From the NCBI GenBank assembly GCA_049320885.1, contig JBMORA010000009.1, forward strand, positions 96,001 to 160,000: a DNA stretch of 64,000 nucleotides, in the 5' to 3' direction. The DNA comes from Thermodesulfobacteriota bacterium (GTDB lineage: Bacteria > Desulfobacterota > Desulfobacteria > Desulfobacterales > SURF-7). The notes under the pieces are model-generated. The model was not told where the DNA came from. It saw only the letters and a list, made by a program, of their open reading frames with translations, and searched no databases. The translations under genes were made by a program, and so were the position numbers. The first letter of the stretch is position 1; each line of letters starts with the position of its first letter. Shown one piece after another: positions 8,872 to 18,242 of this stretch.

Positions 8872-10207
8872 ATTTCAGCTTGATCCATAGAATGACGGCA
8901 GGCTGGCTGCCGGTATTCTTCCATTGCGACGGGGTGGTTTCCGCCAGATAGATGGTATCCCCCGCCTGGAGCGTCTGTACTTCGTTTTTCATGATCACCT
9001 CCAGGGTGCCCTCAAGGAGATATCCCAGTTCTTCGCCCTTATGAATGAAAAAATGGGCGGGCAGCTTTTTCCGGGCTGGAATCTGGATCAGGTATGGCTC
9101 GGCCTTGCCGTTGAAATCCGGAGGGGTCAGCATTTTTCCCGTTATGCAACCCTTGGGCAGGTCGGTAAAATGGACCGGTACGCTCGAGTCAGCCTGGAAA
9201 ACCAAGCGCCGGCGCGTTTCGTTTTTATCCTGGAAAAAAGCTCCGACGGAAACGGAAAGGTTTTCGGCCATTTTAAATAAAGCCGGCAGGGACGGATAAA
9301 TCAGATTGCTTTCCACTTGCGATATGGTGCTCGGCGTCACGCCGATCATGCTGGCCAGTTCCTTTTGGGAGAGCCCCTGCTTTTGTCGTATCGTCTTGAT
9401 TCGTTTACCCAATTCATAGATATCGAACGCCTGGCGGCTCTTTTCAAAACCGATGTCGGCGCCTTCGCTGACGTACTGGAACGGTTCGTTCAGGTTTTCC
9501 GGGTTGCGTTTTTCCGCTTTCAGAATGGTGAGGGTGGTTTTTCCCCTTTTAATGGCCAGATCCACGGCAACCTGGGCGATTTGATTGATATGGGCTTTCA
9601 GGCGGCTGGAATGGGCGCCTTTTTCAACAACCCAATACGCAATGGTATCCAGTTCGTACAGACGGGGGCAGGACCGGGAGTAGAATTTCAGAACATGTTC
9701 CTCCCCTTCCCATAAATCCTGCATGCCGGTAAGGCTTTCAATGACAAAACGAACATCCCCCAACATGGTTTTATGCAGGCCGTAAATGGCTTCGGCGACT
9801 TTTTCCGGCTTCCAGGGTTCATTGACCTTGATAATCTGATACGGCCATTGGGCTCCGTCTTTCTCATAAAACTTGTTGAAGATTTCCGAGCCATCCCCCT
9901 TACCGTTGGTAAAACAGTCCAGAATCGTCAGGTTTTGGTTTTCCCCCAGGGAGCCGAGTTTCTCCAACAGGTTTTTCGGGGAACGGTCGAAACTGACATA
10001 GATGATCGGTTTGTTTTGAATCTGGGATTCCCGGATGAAATTCATACAGAAAACCGCCGCAAGGCTTCCGGCGTCATCATACCAGATCACATTGTCGCCA
10101 ATATACAGTCCGCCAAGCAACTGGTCCAGCTGATTGACGCCGGATGAAACCCGTTTTTTCCTGGCCGGCATGGTTGCGACATCCTCCAATGATTGGTTCT
10201 CCGTCAT
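8870..10207 (-). CDS. Regulator: degenerate RecA/KaiC-like domain + XRE HTH + cupin
   Basis: SSGVNQLDQLLGGL N-terminus with no Walker A; HTH LSQKELASMIGVTPSTISQVESN; cupin HKGEELGYLLEG. Confidence 0.8.
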   Translation of the reverse strand: MTENQSLEDVATMPARKKRVSSGVNQLDQLLGGLYIGDNVIWYDDAGSLAAVFCMNFIRESQIQNKPIIYVSFDRSPKNLLEKLGSLGENQNLTILDCFTNGKGDGSEIFNKFYEKDGAQWPYQIIKVNEPWKPEKVAEAIYGLHKTMLGDVRFVIESLTGMQDLWEGEEHVLKFYSRSCPRLYELDTIAYWVVEKGAHSSRLKAHINQIAQVAVDLAIKRGKTTLTILKAEKRNPENLNEPFQYVSEGADIGFEKSRQAFDIYELGKRIKTIRQKQGLSQKELASMIGVTPSTISQVESNLIYPSLPALFKMAENLSVSVGAFFQDKNETRRRLVFQADSSVPVHFTDLPKGCITGKMLTPPDFNGKAEPYLIQIPARKKLPAHFFIHKGEELGYLLEGTLEVIMKNEVQTLQAGDTIYLAETTPSQWKNTGSQPAVILWIKLK

Positions 10208-11160
10208 TTGGCTGTAAAGGTCAACCTGGTCCCCGACATATTCAACAGGAATTGGTCCGGCATTTGTGTTTCAATATAGTGGACTGCCGACCGTCCGGTG
10301 CAATGGGTTGGAACCACATATTCGGGTTGTAAGGCTTTCAGGGCTTCAACCGTCGGCTTGACGACACGGTCCATATCCGCCCCGGAAAGATGGAACCCTC
10401 CGATGACGGCGCAAATCCGGTCGACACCGGTGACAGATCGGGCTTGATGCACTGTGTTGACGATGCCGGAATGGGCGCAACCGGATAGAATCACCAAGCC
10501 TCTACCAGCGACATGAAAAACCAGCGCCGAATCGTCTTCAATGGGATCCGGTTTGGCTTCGCCCTGTTCTTCGCACCAAAGATTCGGGGCGCCTTTTTCA
10601 AATTCGGTGATCCTCGGGATTTCCCCCAGGAAAAGCGCCGACCGGTCCAGCAGGAAATAGGGCCGTTCGGTTTCAACGATTCTGGCGCCGGCGCTGATGG
10701 CTTTTTCCCGGGTAAAGGCAGGGAAAACGAGTTTAAAATCGTCTGTGATCTTGAGATAGCGGGGGTTTTTGAAAGCCGCGGGATGAAGCACCAGTTCGAG
10801 ACCCGTTTTCCCGGTCATCTGGATTAACGGTCGCATGCCGCCCACATGGTCCAGATGTCCATGGGACAAGGCCAGGGCCTCCACTCCGGTCAAATCGGCC
10901 TGCAAGGCGTCTGCATTGAAGGCGGCTCCGTGCTCGGAAAAACCGAAATCAAACAGCAGGGATCGCCGGCCGGATGAGCCGGTGACGGTGGCCAGGGTGG
11001 AAAAACCATGTTCGGCCAGAATGCTGTTTTTGATTTCGAGGCCTTTCAACGGCATGGCCCGCTGAATCACGGAAGAATTGTCCTGGGACACCAGGTCGAT
11101 AAAATTATCCTGCAGGGTGAGGATTTCCACTTTGGCAACTTCCGCGAGTTGCTGATTCAT
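10204..11160 (-). CDS. MBL-fold metallo-hydrolase (MJ0448-like)
   Basis: AEHGFS, SHGHLDHVGG, SGCAHSG, GGFHL and PTHCTG motifs. Confidence 0.88.
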   Translation of the reverse strand: MNQQLAEVAKVEILTLQDNFIDLVSQDNSSVIQRAMPLKGLEIKNSILAEHGFSTLATVTGSSGRRSLLFDFGFSEHGAAFNADALQADLTGVEALALSHGHLDHVGGMRPLIQMTGKTGLELVLHPAAFKNPRYLKITDDFKLVFPAFTREKAISAGARIVETERPYFLLDRSALFLGEIPRITEFEKGAPNLWCEEQGEAKPDPIEDDSALVFHVAGRGLVILSGCAHSGIVNTVHQARSVTGVDRICAVIGGFHLSGADMDRVVKPTVEALKALQPEYVVPTHCTGRSAVHYIETQMPDQFLLNMSGTRLTFTAK

Positions 11161-11172
11161 GGGCTTGTCTCC

Positions 11173-11679
11173 TTATTGAAAACAAATATCTTTCAGAAGG
11201 TCATCGATACCAAGTCGCGTCAGCCGGATTCTAAGAAATTCCGAGATGGTCGGTTGATAGGGTTTGACGGACAGCACCATCCCGGCTTCCCGCGGTGTCC
11301 TTGCTCCCTTTTTGCTGTTGCAATTCCGGCAGCTGGCAACGCAATTATCAAAGGAGGATGCGCCGCCCTGCCGTTTCGGCACAATGTGGTCAATGGTCAA
11401 TTCATTGGATTCCGTTCTGCAATAGGCGCATTTGAAGCCGTCGCGAATCAGCACGTTTCGTTTGCTGAAAGGGACCTTGCTGCGGTAAATGGTTCGGATG
11501 AATTTGACGAGTTTCATGACCGTCGGGATTTTAATCGCCAGACCCTCCACATTTCTGATGATTCTTTCCGAATAGCTCAAGACTTCCACTTTGTCCTTGA
11601 TCATTAAGCGCATGGCCCGTTTCCAGTCCACGACATTGAGAAATGAATAATCCGCATTCAGCAAAATGCATGGAATCAT
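11173..11679 (-). CDS. HNH endonuclease (McrA-like)
   Basis: LLNADY, RDGFKCAYC, TIDHIVP, NCVASCRNCNSKKG; GGAGGA RBS before ATG 11679. Confidence 0.9.
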   Translation of the reverse strand: MIPCILLNADYSFLNVVDWKRAMRLMIKDKVEVLSYSERIIRNVEGLAIKIPTVMKLVKFIRTIYRSKVPFSKRNVLIRDGFKCAYCRTESNELTIDHIVPKRQGGASSFDNCVASCRNCNSKKGARTPREAGMVLSVKPYQPTISEFLRIRLTRLGIDDLLKDICFQ

Positions 11680-11839
11680 GGATTCCTCCATCCACCCGTT
11701 TCGCCGGTATCAACTGAGTGCTGCCGGAGCTTCCGGCCGAACGATTTCCGTGGTTGTAATTTTCCTTTTATAAATATACGGGGTGCTTTTCGTCAAGGAC
11801 ACCGGGCGGCGCACGTCGATCCGTCTTCCCGTGAAACCG

Positions 11840-12172
11840 TCAGGGCGTCATCAGATGTCCGATCACGTCGCCAGTGTCCACCACTTCGTCGGTTTTGTCT
11901 TCATACCAGTGCAGCAGTCGCATTTCCGGACCGAACACGAAATAAAACGCCGTCCCGACGGCGGCATCGTCGGTCAGGTAATATTTCATATAGTAGTAAC
12001 CGTCTGCTTTTTTTCCGGACCACACCGGTTTATCCAGCCGTTCGGTCAGATCGGACCTCGTCATGCCGGGCCGGATTTGCTTCAACGCCTTTTTGGAGGA
12101 ATATGCGGCGCAGCCGAATGTCAGGCAGCTTATCACGACCAGCAACATCACTCCTTGTATTGTTCTCATCAT
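11840..12172 (-). CDS. Small lipoprotein (SmpA/BamE-like)
   Basis: Hydrophobic signal peptide with lipobox TFGC, then IRPGMTRSDL. Confidence 0.6.
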   Translation of the reverse strand: MMRTIQGVMLLVVISCLTFGCAAYSSKKALKQIRPGMTRSDLTERLDKPVWSGKKADGYYYMKYYLTDDAAVGTAFYFVFGPEMRLLHWYEDKTDEVVDTGDVIGHLMTP

Positions 12173-12176
12173 ATGG

Positions 12177-13988
12177 TTATCCGATTTGTTCAATGACGCC
12201 GCGGTTGTCTGTATACATGGCATCCAGCAGCTCCTTGTATTTCGCTTCCACGATTTTTCGCCGGACTTTCATCGTGGGGGTCAGTTCGCCTGTTTCAACC
12301 GTCAACGGTTTGGGAAGAATTGAAAATTTTTTAATGGTTTCAAAACGGGCCAGGCGGCGGTTGATGTCATCGACAGCCTGTTGGATTTCCGCGATGAGGC
12401 TTTCGCTGCGGATCAACTCCTGAAATTCCAGTTCCCCATATCCTTTGGCTTTGCCCCAGGCCGTAAGATTTTCCGGCGAGAGCGACAAGAGAGCCGTCAA
12501 ATAATTCCGGCGATCGCCGTGAACCATGGCCAGTTCGATCAGGGGGTGATTCATCAAGAGATTTTCGATATTCGATGGAGTCACATTCTTGCCGCCGGAA
12601 GTGACGATGATTTCCTTCTTTCTACCGGTGATCCACAGATACCCGTCGTCGTCCAATTTCCCCAGATCCCCGGTATAAATCCAGCCATCGGGGGTTAGGG
12701 TCGTCCGGTTTAATTCCGGTTGGTTCAGGTATCCCGGGAATACGATATCCCCTCTTACCATGATTTCGCCGTCCGCGGCTATTTTCAGTTCAATACCGGG
12801 GAGCGGCCTGCCCACGGAGCCGAAGCGATAGGCTTCCGGTGTGCAGAGGGTGCAGAAACACGATACTTCCGTCTGGCCGTATCCCTCCAGGACCAGCATT
12901 CCGCAGGCATGAAAAAATTCGAGAATATCCACCGATATGGGCGCGGAGGATGACAAAAAATAGCGTACCCGGCCGCCGAAGATATTTCTGATTTTTCGAA
13001 AGACCAAGCGGTCGGCCAGCTGATATTGCAGCTGCAGCAAGAGAGGTATCGAAAGCCGTTTCTGCTTTCTCCTGCTCACGGATCGGCCGGTGCCTTCCGC
13101 CCATTGAAAAAGACCGCGCTTGAAAGGGGAGGCATTGGCGACTTCCGAGCGGATACGGGCATAGGCTTTTTCGAAAATTCGCGGGACGCTGCCGAAAAAG
13201 GTCGGACGGATTTCGACGATATCCTCCAGAATCCGGGAGATGTCTTTCACATAAGCCGCCGTTATGCCCCTTGAGATCCGCATGTATTGTCCGGCCACGC
13301 GTTCACCCACATGGGAGAGGGGCAAAAAAAACATCATCAGATTCCCGAGCCTGTCGTCGCCGATCACCTCCGCTGCTTTCAATTCGGCCAGGATATTTTT
13401 GTGCGTTAGGCAGGCGCCTTTGGGAGGGCCGGTGGTGCCGGAAGTATAAATGATGATGGCCACATCCTCGGGACGGATGGACTGTTCAACCCGTTTGACC
13501 ATATCGGGGTCTTGTTTCAGGGCCTCCGTCCCGCCTGCCAGGAAATCCTTCAAGGCGGTGGTCTTCGGCAGATGGGTGCCGCCGTCCCATACGACAATCT
13601 GGCGGAGATGAATCAATTTGTCCAGAAAGGGAAGCAGCTTCTGCAGCAGGTCTTCGTTTTCGACAAACAGAACGGTGGATTTTGAATCCTCCAGAATGTA
13701 GGCGGATTGTTCGCCGGACAGGGTCTGGTAAATGCCGACGCTGATGCCGCCGCAACACAGAATCGCCAGATCCGTCAAGGTCCATTCCAGCCTCGTATTG
13801 CCCAGAATCGAGACCGTATCGCCGGGTTTTACCCCTGAAGAGACGAGGGCGGCGCCGATCTGGTCCACCCGGGATTCCACTTCCCGCCAGGTCACCGGAT
13901 GCCAATCCCCGCCCTGTTTGATCAGGAATCCCGCTTTTTCACTATCCACCCGGCAGCGCTGCCGAATCATGTCCGGTAAATGTCGCAT
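12177..13988 (-). CDS. Long-chain fatty acid-CoA ligase (AMP-binding)
   Basis: YTSGTTGPPKG, EGYGQTE, TGDLG and GRKKEIIVTSGGKNVTP. Confidence 0.92.
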   Translation of the reverse strand: MRHLPDMIRQRCRVDSEKAGFLIKQGGDWHPVTWREVESRVDQIGAALVSSGVKPGDTVSILGNTRLEWTLTDLAILCCGGISVGIYQTLSGEQSAYILEDSKSTVLFVENEDLLQKLLPFLDKLIHLRQIVVWDGGTHLPKTTALKDFLAGGTEALKQDPDMVKRVEQSIRPEDVAIIIYTSGTTGPPKGACLTHKNILAELKAAEVIGDDRLGNLMMFFLPLSHVGERVAGQYMRISRGITAAYVKDISRILEDIVEIRPTFFGSVPRIFEKAYARIRSEVANASPFKRGLFQWAEGTGRSVSRRKQKRLSIPLLLQLQYQLADRLVFRKIRNIFGGRVRYFLSSSAPISVDILEFFHACGMLVLEGYGQTEVSCFCTLCTPEAYRFGSVGRPLPGIELKIAADGEIMVRGDIVFPGYLNQPELNRTTLTPDGWIYTGDLGKLDDDGYLWITGRKKEIIVTSGGKNVTPSNIENLLMNHPLIELAMVHGDRRNYLTALLSLSPENLTAWGKAKGYGELEFQELIRSESLIAEIQQAVDDINRRLARFETIKKFSILPKPLTVETGELTPTMKVRRKIVEAKYKELLDAMYTDNRGVIEQIG

Positions 13989-14255
13989 TTCTATCCTCCG
14001 TGACTTCTTGCCGTGTTACAAGAAAAGCTGGAAAGGATGGTTCACCAGATAAATCACAATCTGTTTTGAACGTCAAACAGGATTCAAACCCCGGGTCCGG
14101 ATCCCAACCGGCGCCGTTGAAATGATTCGGGGGTTTGACCTTGACGGCGCCGGCATCGATCCCGTATAGTTCCCACAGCGATGCCGGGTTGAAAGGCCGG
14201 CCTTTCAGTCGACGATGCCTTCCCGGCTATTTTTCGATGGATACAACGGAATCTC

Positions 14256-15071
14256 ATGCTGCGGCGCTTTTCAGACAACTCCGATCTGTTCAGGCATCTC
14301 CTTGGAAAACTGAATCCGTTTGCGGGGGCGCCTGGATTTTTCGCCATGGACGCAGCTGACAAGGCCGCCGCTTCCTCCGTTCTTTTTCTGCTGGGCGACT
14401 GCAATGGGGAACCCTGCCTGATTCTCAACAAACGCTCCCGACACGTACGTCAGCCGGGTGATCTTTGTTGTCCCGGCGGCGGCATACACTCCCGTCTGGA
14501 TCCGGTATTGGCCAAAGTGATTGCTCTTCCGTTCCTCCCCCTCGGGAGATGGCCTTATTGGAAGGGATGGCGGCGGCGGACGCCACGTAGAGCCAGGCTG
14601 TTATCCCTGTTGCTGGCCACCGGGTTGCGGGAAGGCGTGGAAGAGATGCGGTTGAATCCGTTCCGGGTACGGTTTTTGGGGGTCCTGCCGCCCGAGCCGC
14701 TGGTCATGTTCCGGCGCACGATTTATCCCATGGTGGCTTGGCTCCCTCACCCGCAGCGCTTTTATACCAACTGGGAAGTGGAAAAGATCGTATCCATTCC
14801 CCTGAGTGCGCTGCTCGATCCGGAGCGATACCGGCAGCTTCATCTGTATCTCGGGCAATCGGAGGAAGACAGCGGGGATGTTCCTGAAGGGATGGTCCTG
14901 CCCTGCTTTGTCCATGAGACCCCTTCCGGCGGGGAGCTTCTCTGGGGCGCAACCTATCGTATCACCACTGTATTTTTAAAAATGGCCTTCGACTTCAGCC
15001 CTCCCCCGGCGGCGGCCCTCCCGAGTGTCGCCGGTTTCCTGGATCAGCGGTATCTGGGAGGGGGGAAATGA
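14256..15071 (+). CDS. Nudix hydrolase, CoA pyrophosphatase-like
   Basis: LNKRS, PGDLCCPGG, ATGLREGVEEMRL and LWGATYRI. Confidence 0.8.
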   Translation: MLRRFSDNSDLFRHLLGKLNPFAGAPGFFAMDAADKAAASSVLFLLGDCNGEPCLILNKRSRHVRQPGDLCCPGGGIHSRLDPVLAKVIALPFLPLGRWPYWKGWRRRTPRRARLLSLLLATGLREGVEEMRLNPFRVRFLGVLPPEPLVMFRRTIYPMVAWLPHPQRFYTNWEVEKIVSIPLSALLDPERYRQLHLYLGQSEEDSGDVPEGMVLPCFVHETPSGGELLWGATYRITTVFLKMAFDFSPPPAAALPSVAGFLDQRYLGGGK

Positions 15072-15123
15072 ACGGCCGCGGCTGTTGTTTTCAATCAATT
15101 GAAGATCTGACCAAGGAGTCGAG

Positions 15124-15690
15124 ATGAATCCAGATGACGCTCTGCCGGGTGAAAAGATCCATACCCGCAATATCGACGTATCCACCTATTCCATGGGAGA
15201 AAAATGCATCATCGTTGAGGGGATTCTGCGGGACGACCGGTTGAAACCGTATTACCGGATGACGGGTGAACAGCACCCTCCCCACACCGTTCACTGCATG
15301 GCCATCCGCATGCAGGTGTCCGGCGATGACCTCACCATCACGGATATCACCGCACGGTTTGACTCCTTCCCCCAGGCCGATTGCCCGAAGACCGCTGGAA
15401 GTCTGACCCAACTCATCGGGTGGAAGATCGCGCCCGGGTTCACCCAGAAAGTGAAGAATCTGATCGGTGGTAATACCGGCTGCGCGCACCTGACCGCCTT
15501 GTTGATGGCCATGGCCCCGGCAGCCGTCCAGGGGTACTGGAGCAACCGCTCTCAAAAGCCGCGGGATGAGAACATCCCGGTCGAGATCATGAATCAATTC
15601 CTGATCGACACTTGCTGGGTTTGGCGGCGGGAAGGGCCGCTGGCCCAAAGCATCCTGGCCGCAACCCAACCGGCGAAGCAAAAGACCTGA
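15124..15690 (+). CDS. DUF2889-like protein
   Basis: HTRNI, VHCM, CP, GCAHL and DTC pattern; AAGGAG RBS. Confidence 0.7.
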   Translation: MNPDDALPGEKIHTRNIDVSTYSMGEKCIIVEGILRDDRLKPYYRMTGEQHPPHTVHCMAIRMQVSGDDLTITDITARFDSFPQADCPKTAGSLTQLIGWKIAPGFTQKVKNLIGGNTGCAHLTALLMAMAPAAVQGYWSNRSQKPRDENIPVEIMNQFLIDTCWVWRREGPLAQSILAATQPAKQKT

Positions 15691-15748
15691 CAGGATAGAC
15701 TTCCGAAAATTGGCGGCCCCGGTTTCCAGGGGCAGCGGGGACCAATTG

Positions 15749-16510
15749 TCAGGGGCGTTGACGGATACCGGACGGCTTGATGTCTACTTCCAAGCGCACC
15801 ATCTGCCTTTTGATCCATGCGCTTCTACCCCGTACATAAGGAGACGGGTTACGCACTTTCAGAAGCCGCGGATTTGGCAGCACGGCGGCCAGCAAGGCGG
15901 CTTCGTCCCTGGAGATGTGTGTGGCGGAACTTCTACCGAGCAGCTTTTCCGCCGCCGCGCCTACACCATAAATGCCGTCGCCGAATTCCGCGATATTCAC
16001 GTATACTTCCAGGACCCTTTTTTTACTCCACAGCAGTTCGATCAGGACTGTGAAATAGGCTTCCAGGCCTTTCCGGAGATAACTTTTCCCGGACCAGAGG
16101 AACAGGTTTTTGGCCACCTGCTGGGTGATGGTGCTGGCCCCCCGCAACCGCCGGCCCCGGTGGTTGCGTCTCACCGCCTTGGCGATGGATTCAAAATCAA
16201 AGCCCCAATGATCCAGAAATTTTTGATCTTCCGAAGCCATCACCGCCAAAAAGACATGCGGTGAAATCGATTCCCAGGCTGTCCAGTTGTAATGGAGCCC
16301 CCGATTCCGTTCCCGGCTGAAAAATTTTTGCAGCTGTCTTTCCAGAATAAAGGCGCTGGTGGGAGGCGGCAGCCAGCGAAGACATAGCACCAGGGCGGCC
16401 GACAATAACACCGCGGCACCGATCACGCGAAAGATCCGCCGCATGATCGGTGAGCCGCTTCCGGGTGGATGACCTGCCTTTTGGATGGGTTGTTTCTTCA
16501 TGGTTTCCAT
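15749..16510 (-). CDS. mtgA: Monofunctional peptidoglycan transglycosylase
   Basis: SEDQKF, RGASTITQQVAKNLFL, RKGLE, KKRVLEVYVN; start codon uncertain. Confidence 0.92.
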   Translation of the reverse strand: METMKKQPIQKAGHPPGSGSPIMRRIFRVIGAAVLLSAALVLCLRWLPPPTSAFILERQLQKFFSRERNRGLHYNWTAWESISPHVFLAVMASEDQKFLDHWGFDFESIAKAVRRNHRGRRLRGASTITQQVAKNLFLWSGKSYLRKGLEAYFTVLIELLWSKKRVLEVYVNIAEFGDGIYGVGAAAEKLLGRSSATHISRDEAALLAAVLPNPRLLKVRNPSPYVRGRSAWIKRQMVRLEVDIKPSGIRQRP

Positions 16511-16612
16511 TCCGGATCAGAGCACCATGGAGAAAGCCTGGAATGAGCTGATCACCGACGGAACCGTCGCCGGGAATTTGAATCGATATCTGCCATAGCT
16601 GTCCATGGGCGG

Positions 16613-17377
16613 TCAGACCGCGCTGGCGCCGCCATCCACCAGAAGGGTCTGGCCGGTGATGAAACCGGCGCCAGCCGAGCACAAAAACAGAACCGGATGG
16701 GCGATGTCCATGGGCTCCGGAATCCGTCCAAGGGGGATGGTTTTGACGATCTGTTCGTGAAGCTGCGGGTTGGACCAGAACAGTTGGCTGAAGCCGGTTT
16801 TCACCATGGACGGGGCCACGGCGTTGACCTGAATATTGAAAGCGGCAAGTTCCTGGGCCAGCACCCGGGTCATCATTTCAATTCCGGCTTTGGCGATTCC
16901 ATAGATTCCCATGGCCGGCGCAGCGCGGCGGCCGGCAATGGAAGAGATGCTGACGATTTTACCGCTTTTCTGTTCCCGCATGATTTTTCCGGCCTTCCGG
17001 GAACACAAATAGGTCCCGCCGAGATTGGAATCGATGATTTTTTGCCAGAGGGCCGGATCCGCGTCCAGCAAGTTCGTGACGATGTTCATGCCTGCATTGT
17101 TGATCAGTCCGTCCACCTGGCCGAAACGTTCAAGAGTCTGCTGAAACAGGCGGTCCACATCGGCTTCCTTGCCCACATGGGCGGATACGGTCAGCAAGCG
17201 ATCATCCCCGGCGCCCAGCGCCTCCCTGGCCGCGGCCAAACCTTCTTCTTTCCGCCCGCAGATCACCACCCGGGCGCTCTCCCGCAACAGCAGTTTCGCG
17301 ATTTCCAGACCGATGCCGCGGCTTCCTCCGGTGACCACGAATACTTTGTCGACAAGACCGTATGATGGTTGATGCAT
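16613..17377 (-). CDS. SDR family oxidoreductase
   Basis: TGGSRGIG, NNAG and YGIAK motifs. Confidence 0.92.
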   Translation of the reverse strand: MHQPSYGLVDKVFVVTGGSRGIGLEIAKLLLRESARVVICGRKEEGLAAAREALGAGDDRLLTVSAHVGKEADVDRLFQQTLERFGQVDGLINNAGMNIVTNLLDADPALWQKIIDSNLGGTYLCSRKAGKIMREQKSGKIVSISSIAGRRAAPAMGIYGIAKAGIEMMTRVLAQELAAFNIQVNAVAPSMVKTGFSQLFWSNPQLHEQIVKTIPLGRIPEPMDIAHPVLFLCSAGAGFITGQTLLVDGGASAV

Positions 17378-17394
17378 GCTGCTTTCCTTTCGCG

Positions 17395-18162
17395 TTAGAG
17401 GGTTGCCGCGATAATCGCCGCTCCGATGGCTCCATTCACCTGGGCGTTGTCATAGACCATGATGGGGGCGTTCAATTTTTTTTCCATGGCCTTGACGACA
17501 CCGATGTTCTTGGCGACGCCGCCGGTCATCATGATCGGGGGCTGAATGCCGATGCGGTTGCCCATGGCGAGTACCCTGGAGGCAATGGATTCATGGATTC
17601 CGGCGATGATGTTGGCGCGTTTTTCTCCTTTGGAAATCAATGAGATCACTTCGGATTCGGCAAAAACAGTACACAGGCTGCTGATCACCGCGGCGTTATC
17701 GGCCGTCAGGGACAAGCTGCCGAAGGCGTCCAGATCCACCTCTAGCGCCCGGGCCATCACTTCCAGAAAGCGGCCGGTTCCGGCGGCGCATTTATCGTTC
17801 ATGGCAAAATCCTTGACCTTGCCGTCGGCGTCGATGACAATCGCCTTGCTGTCCTGGCCGCCGATATCGATGATGCCCCGGGTGTCCGGGTGATGAAAAT
17901 GGGCACCCACCGCATGGCAGGTGATTTCCGTCACCGCCTTGTGGGCAAAGGTCACGCTGTTGCGGCCGTAACCGGTGGCGATGACGCGCTGAACCTCATC
18001 CGGCCGGATATTCAGCTGACGCAACAATTCGTTGTAGACCTGCTGCCCCGCGTTACGGGCATTGTATCCGGTCAGGATCACATGCGTGCCGAGAACGGTA
18101 TGGTTGTCGATGGCGGCGGCCTTGGCGCTGATGGAGCCGATATCAACTCCGACGGTAATCAT
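17395..18162 (-). CDS. 2-hydroxyacyl-CoA dehydratase activator (HgdC/HadI-type ASKHA ATPase)
   Basis: GVDIGS, ATGYGR, DIGGQDSK, MNDKCAAGTGRFLE and CTVFAESE. Confidence 0.92.
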   Translation of the reverse strand: MITVGVDIGSISAKAAAIDNHTVLGTHVILTGYNARNAGQQVYNELLRQLNIRPDEVQRVIATGYGRNSVTFAHKAVTEITCHAVGAHFHHPDTRGIIDIGGQDSKAIVIDADGKVKDFAMNDKCAAGTGRFLEVMARALEVDLDAFGSLSLTADNAAVISSLCTVFAESEVISLISKGEKRANIIAGIHESIASRVLAMGNRIGIQPPIMMTGGVAKNIGVVKAMEKKLNAPIMVYDNAQVNGAIGAAIIAATL

Positions 18163-18242
18163 GAATCACCTCTTTGAAAGACATGCAATGAATTATGGCC
18201 AATACCATCTTCCGCAGCGTCGTGCAACAGACGTCAGGGGAA

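Noticed and set aside
11173..11679. HNH gene as a homing endonuclease or defence island marker
   Set aside because: No intron, methylase, repeats or mobile context; it looks like the common stand-alone family.
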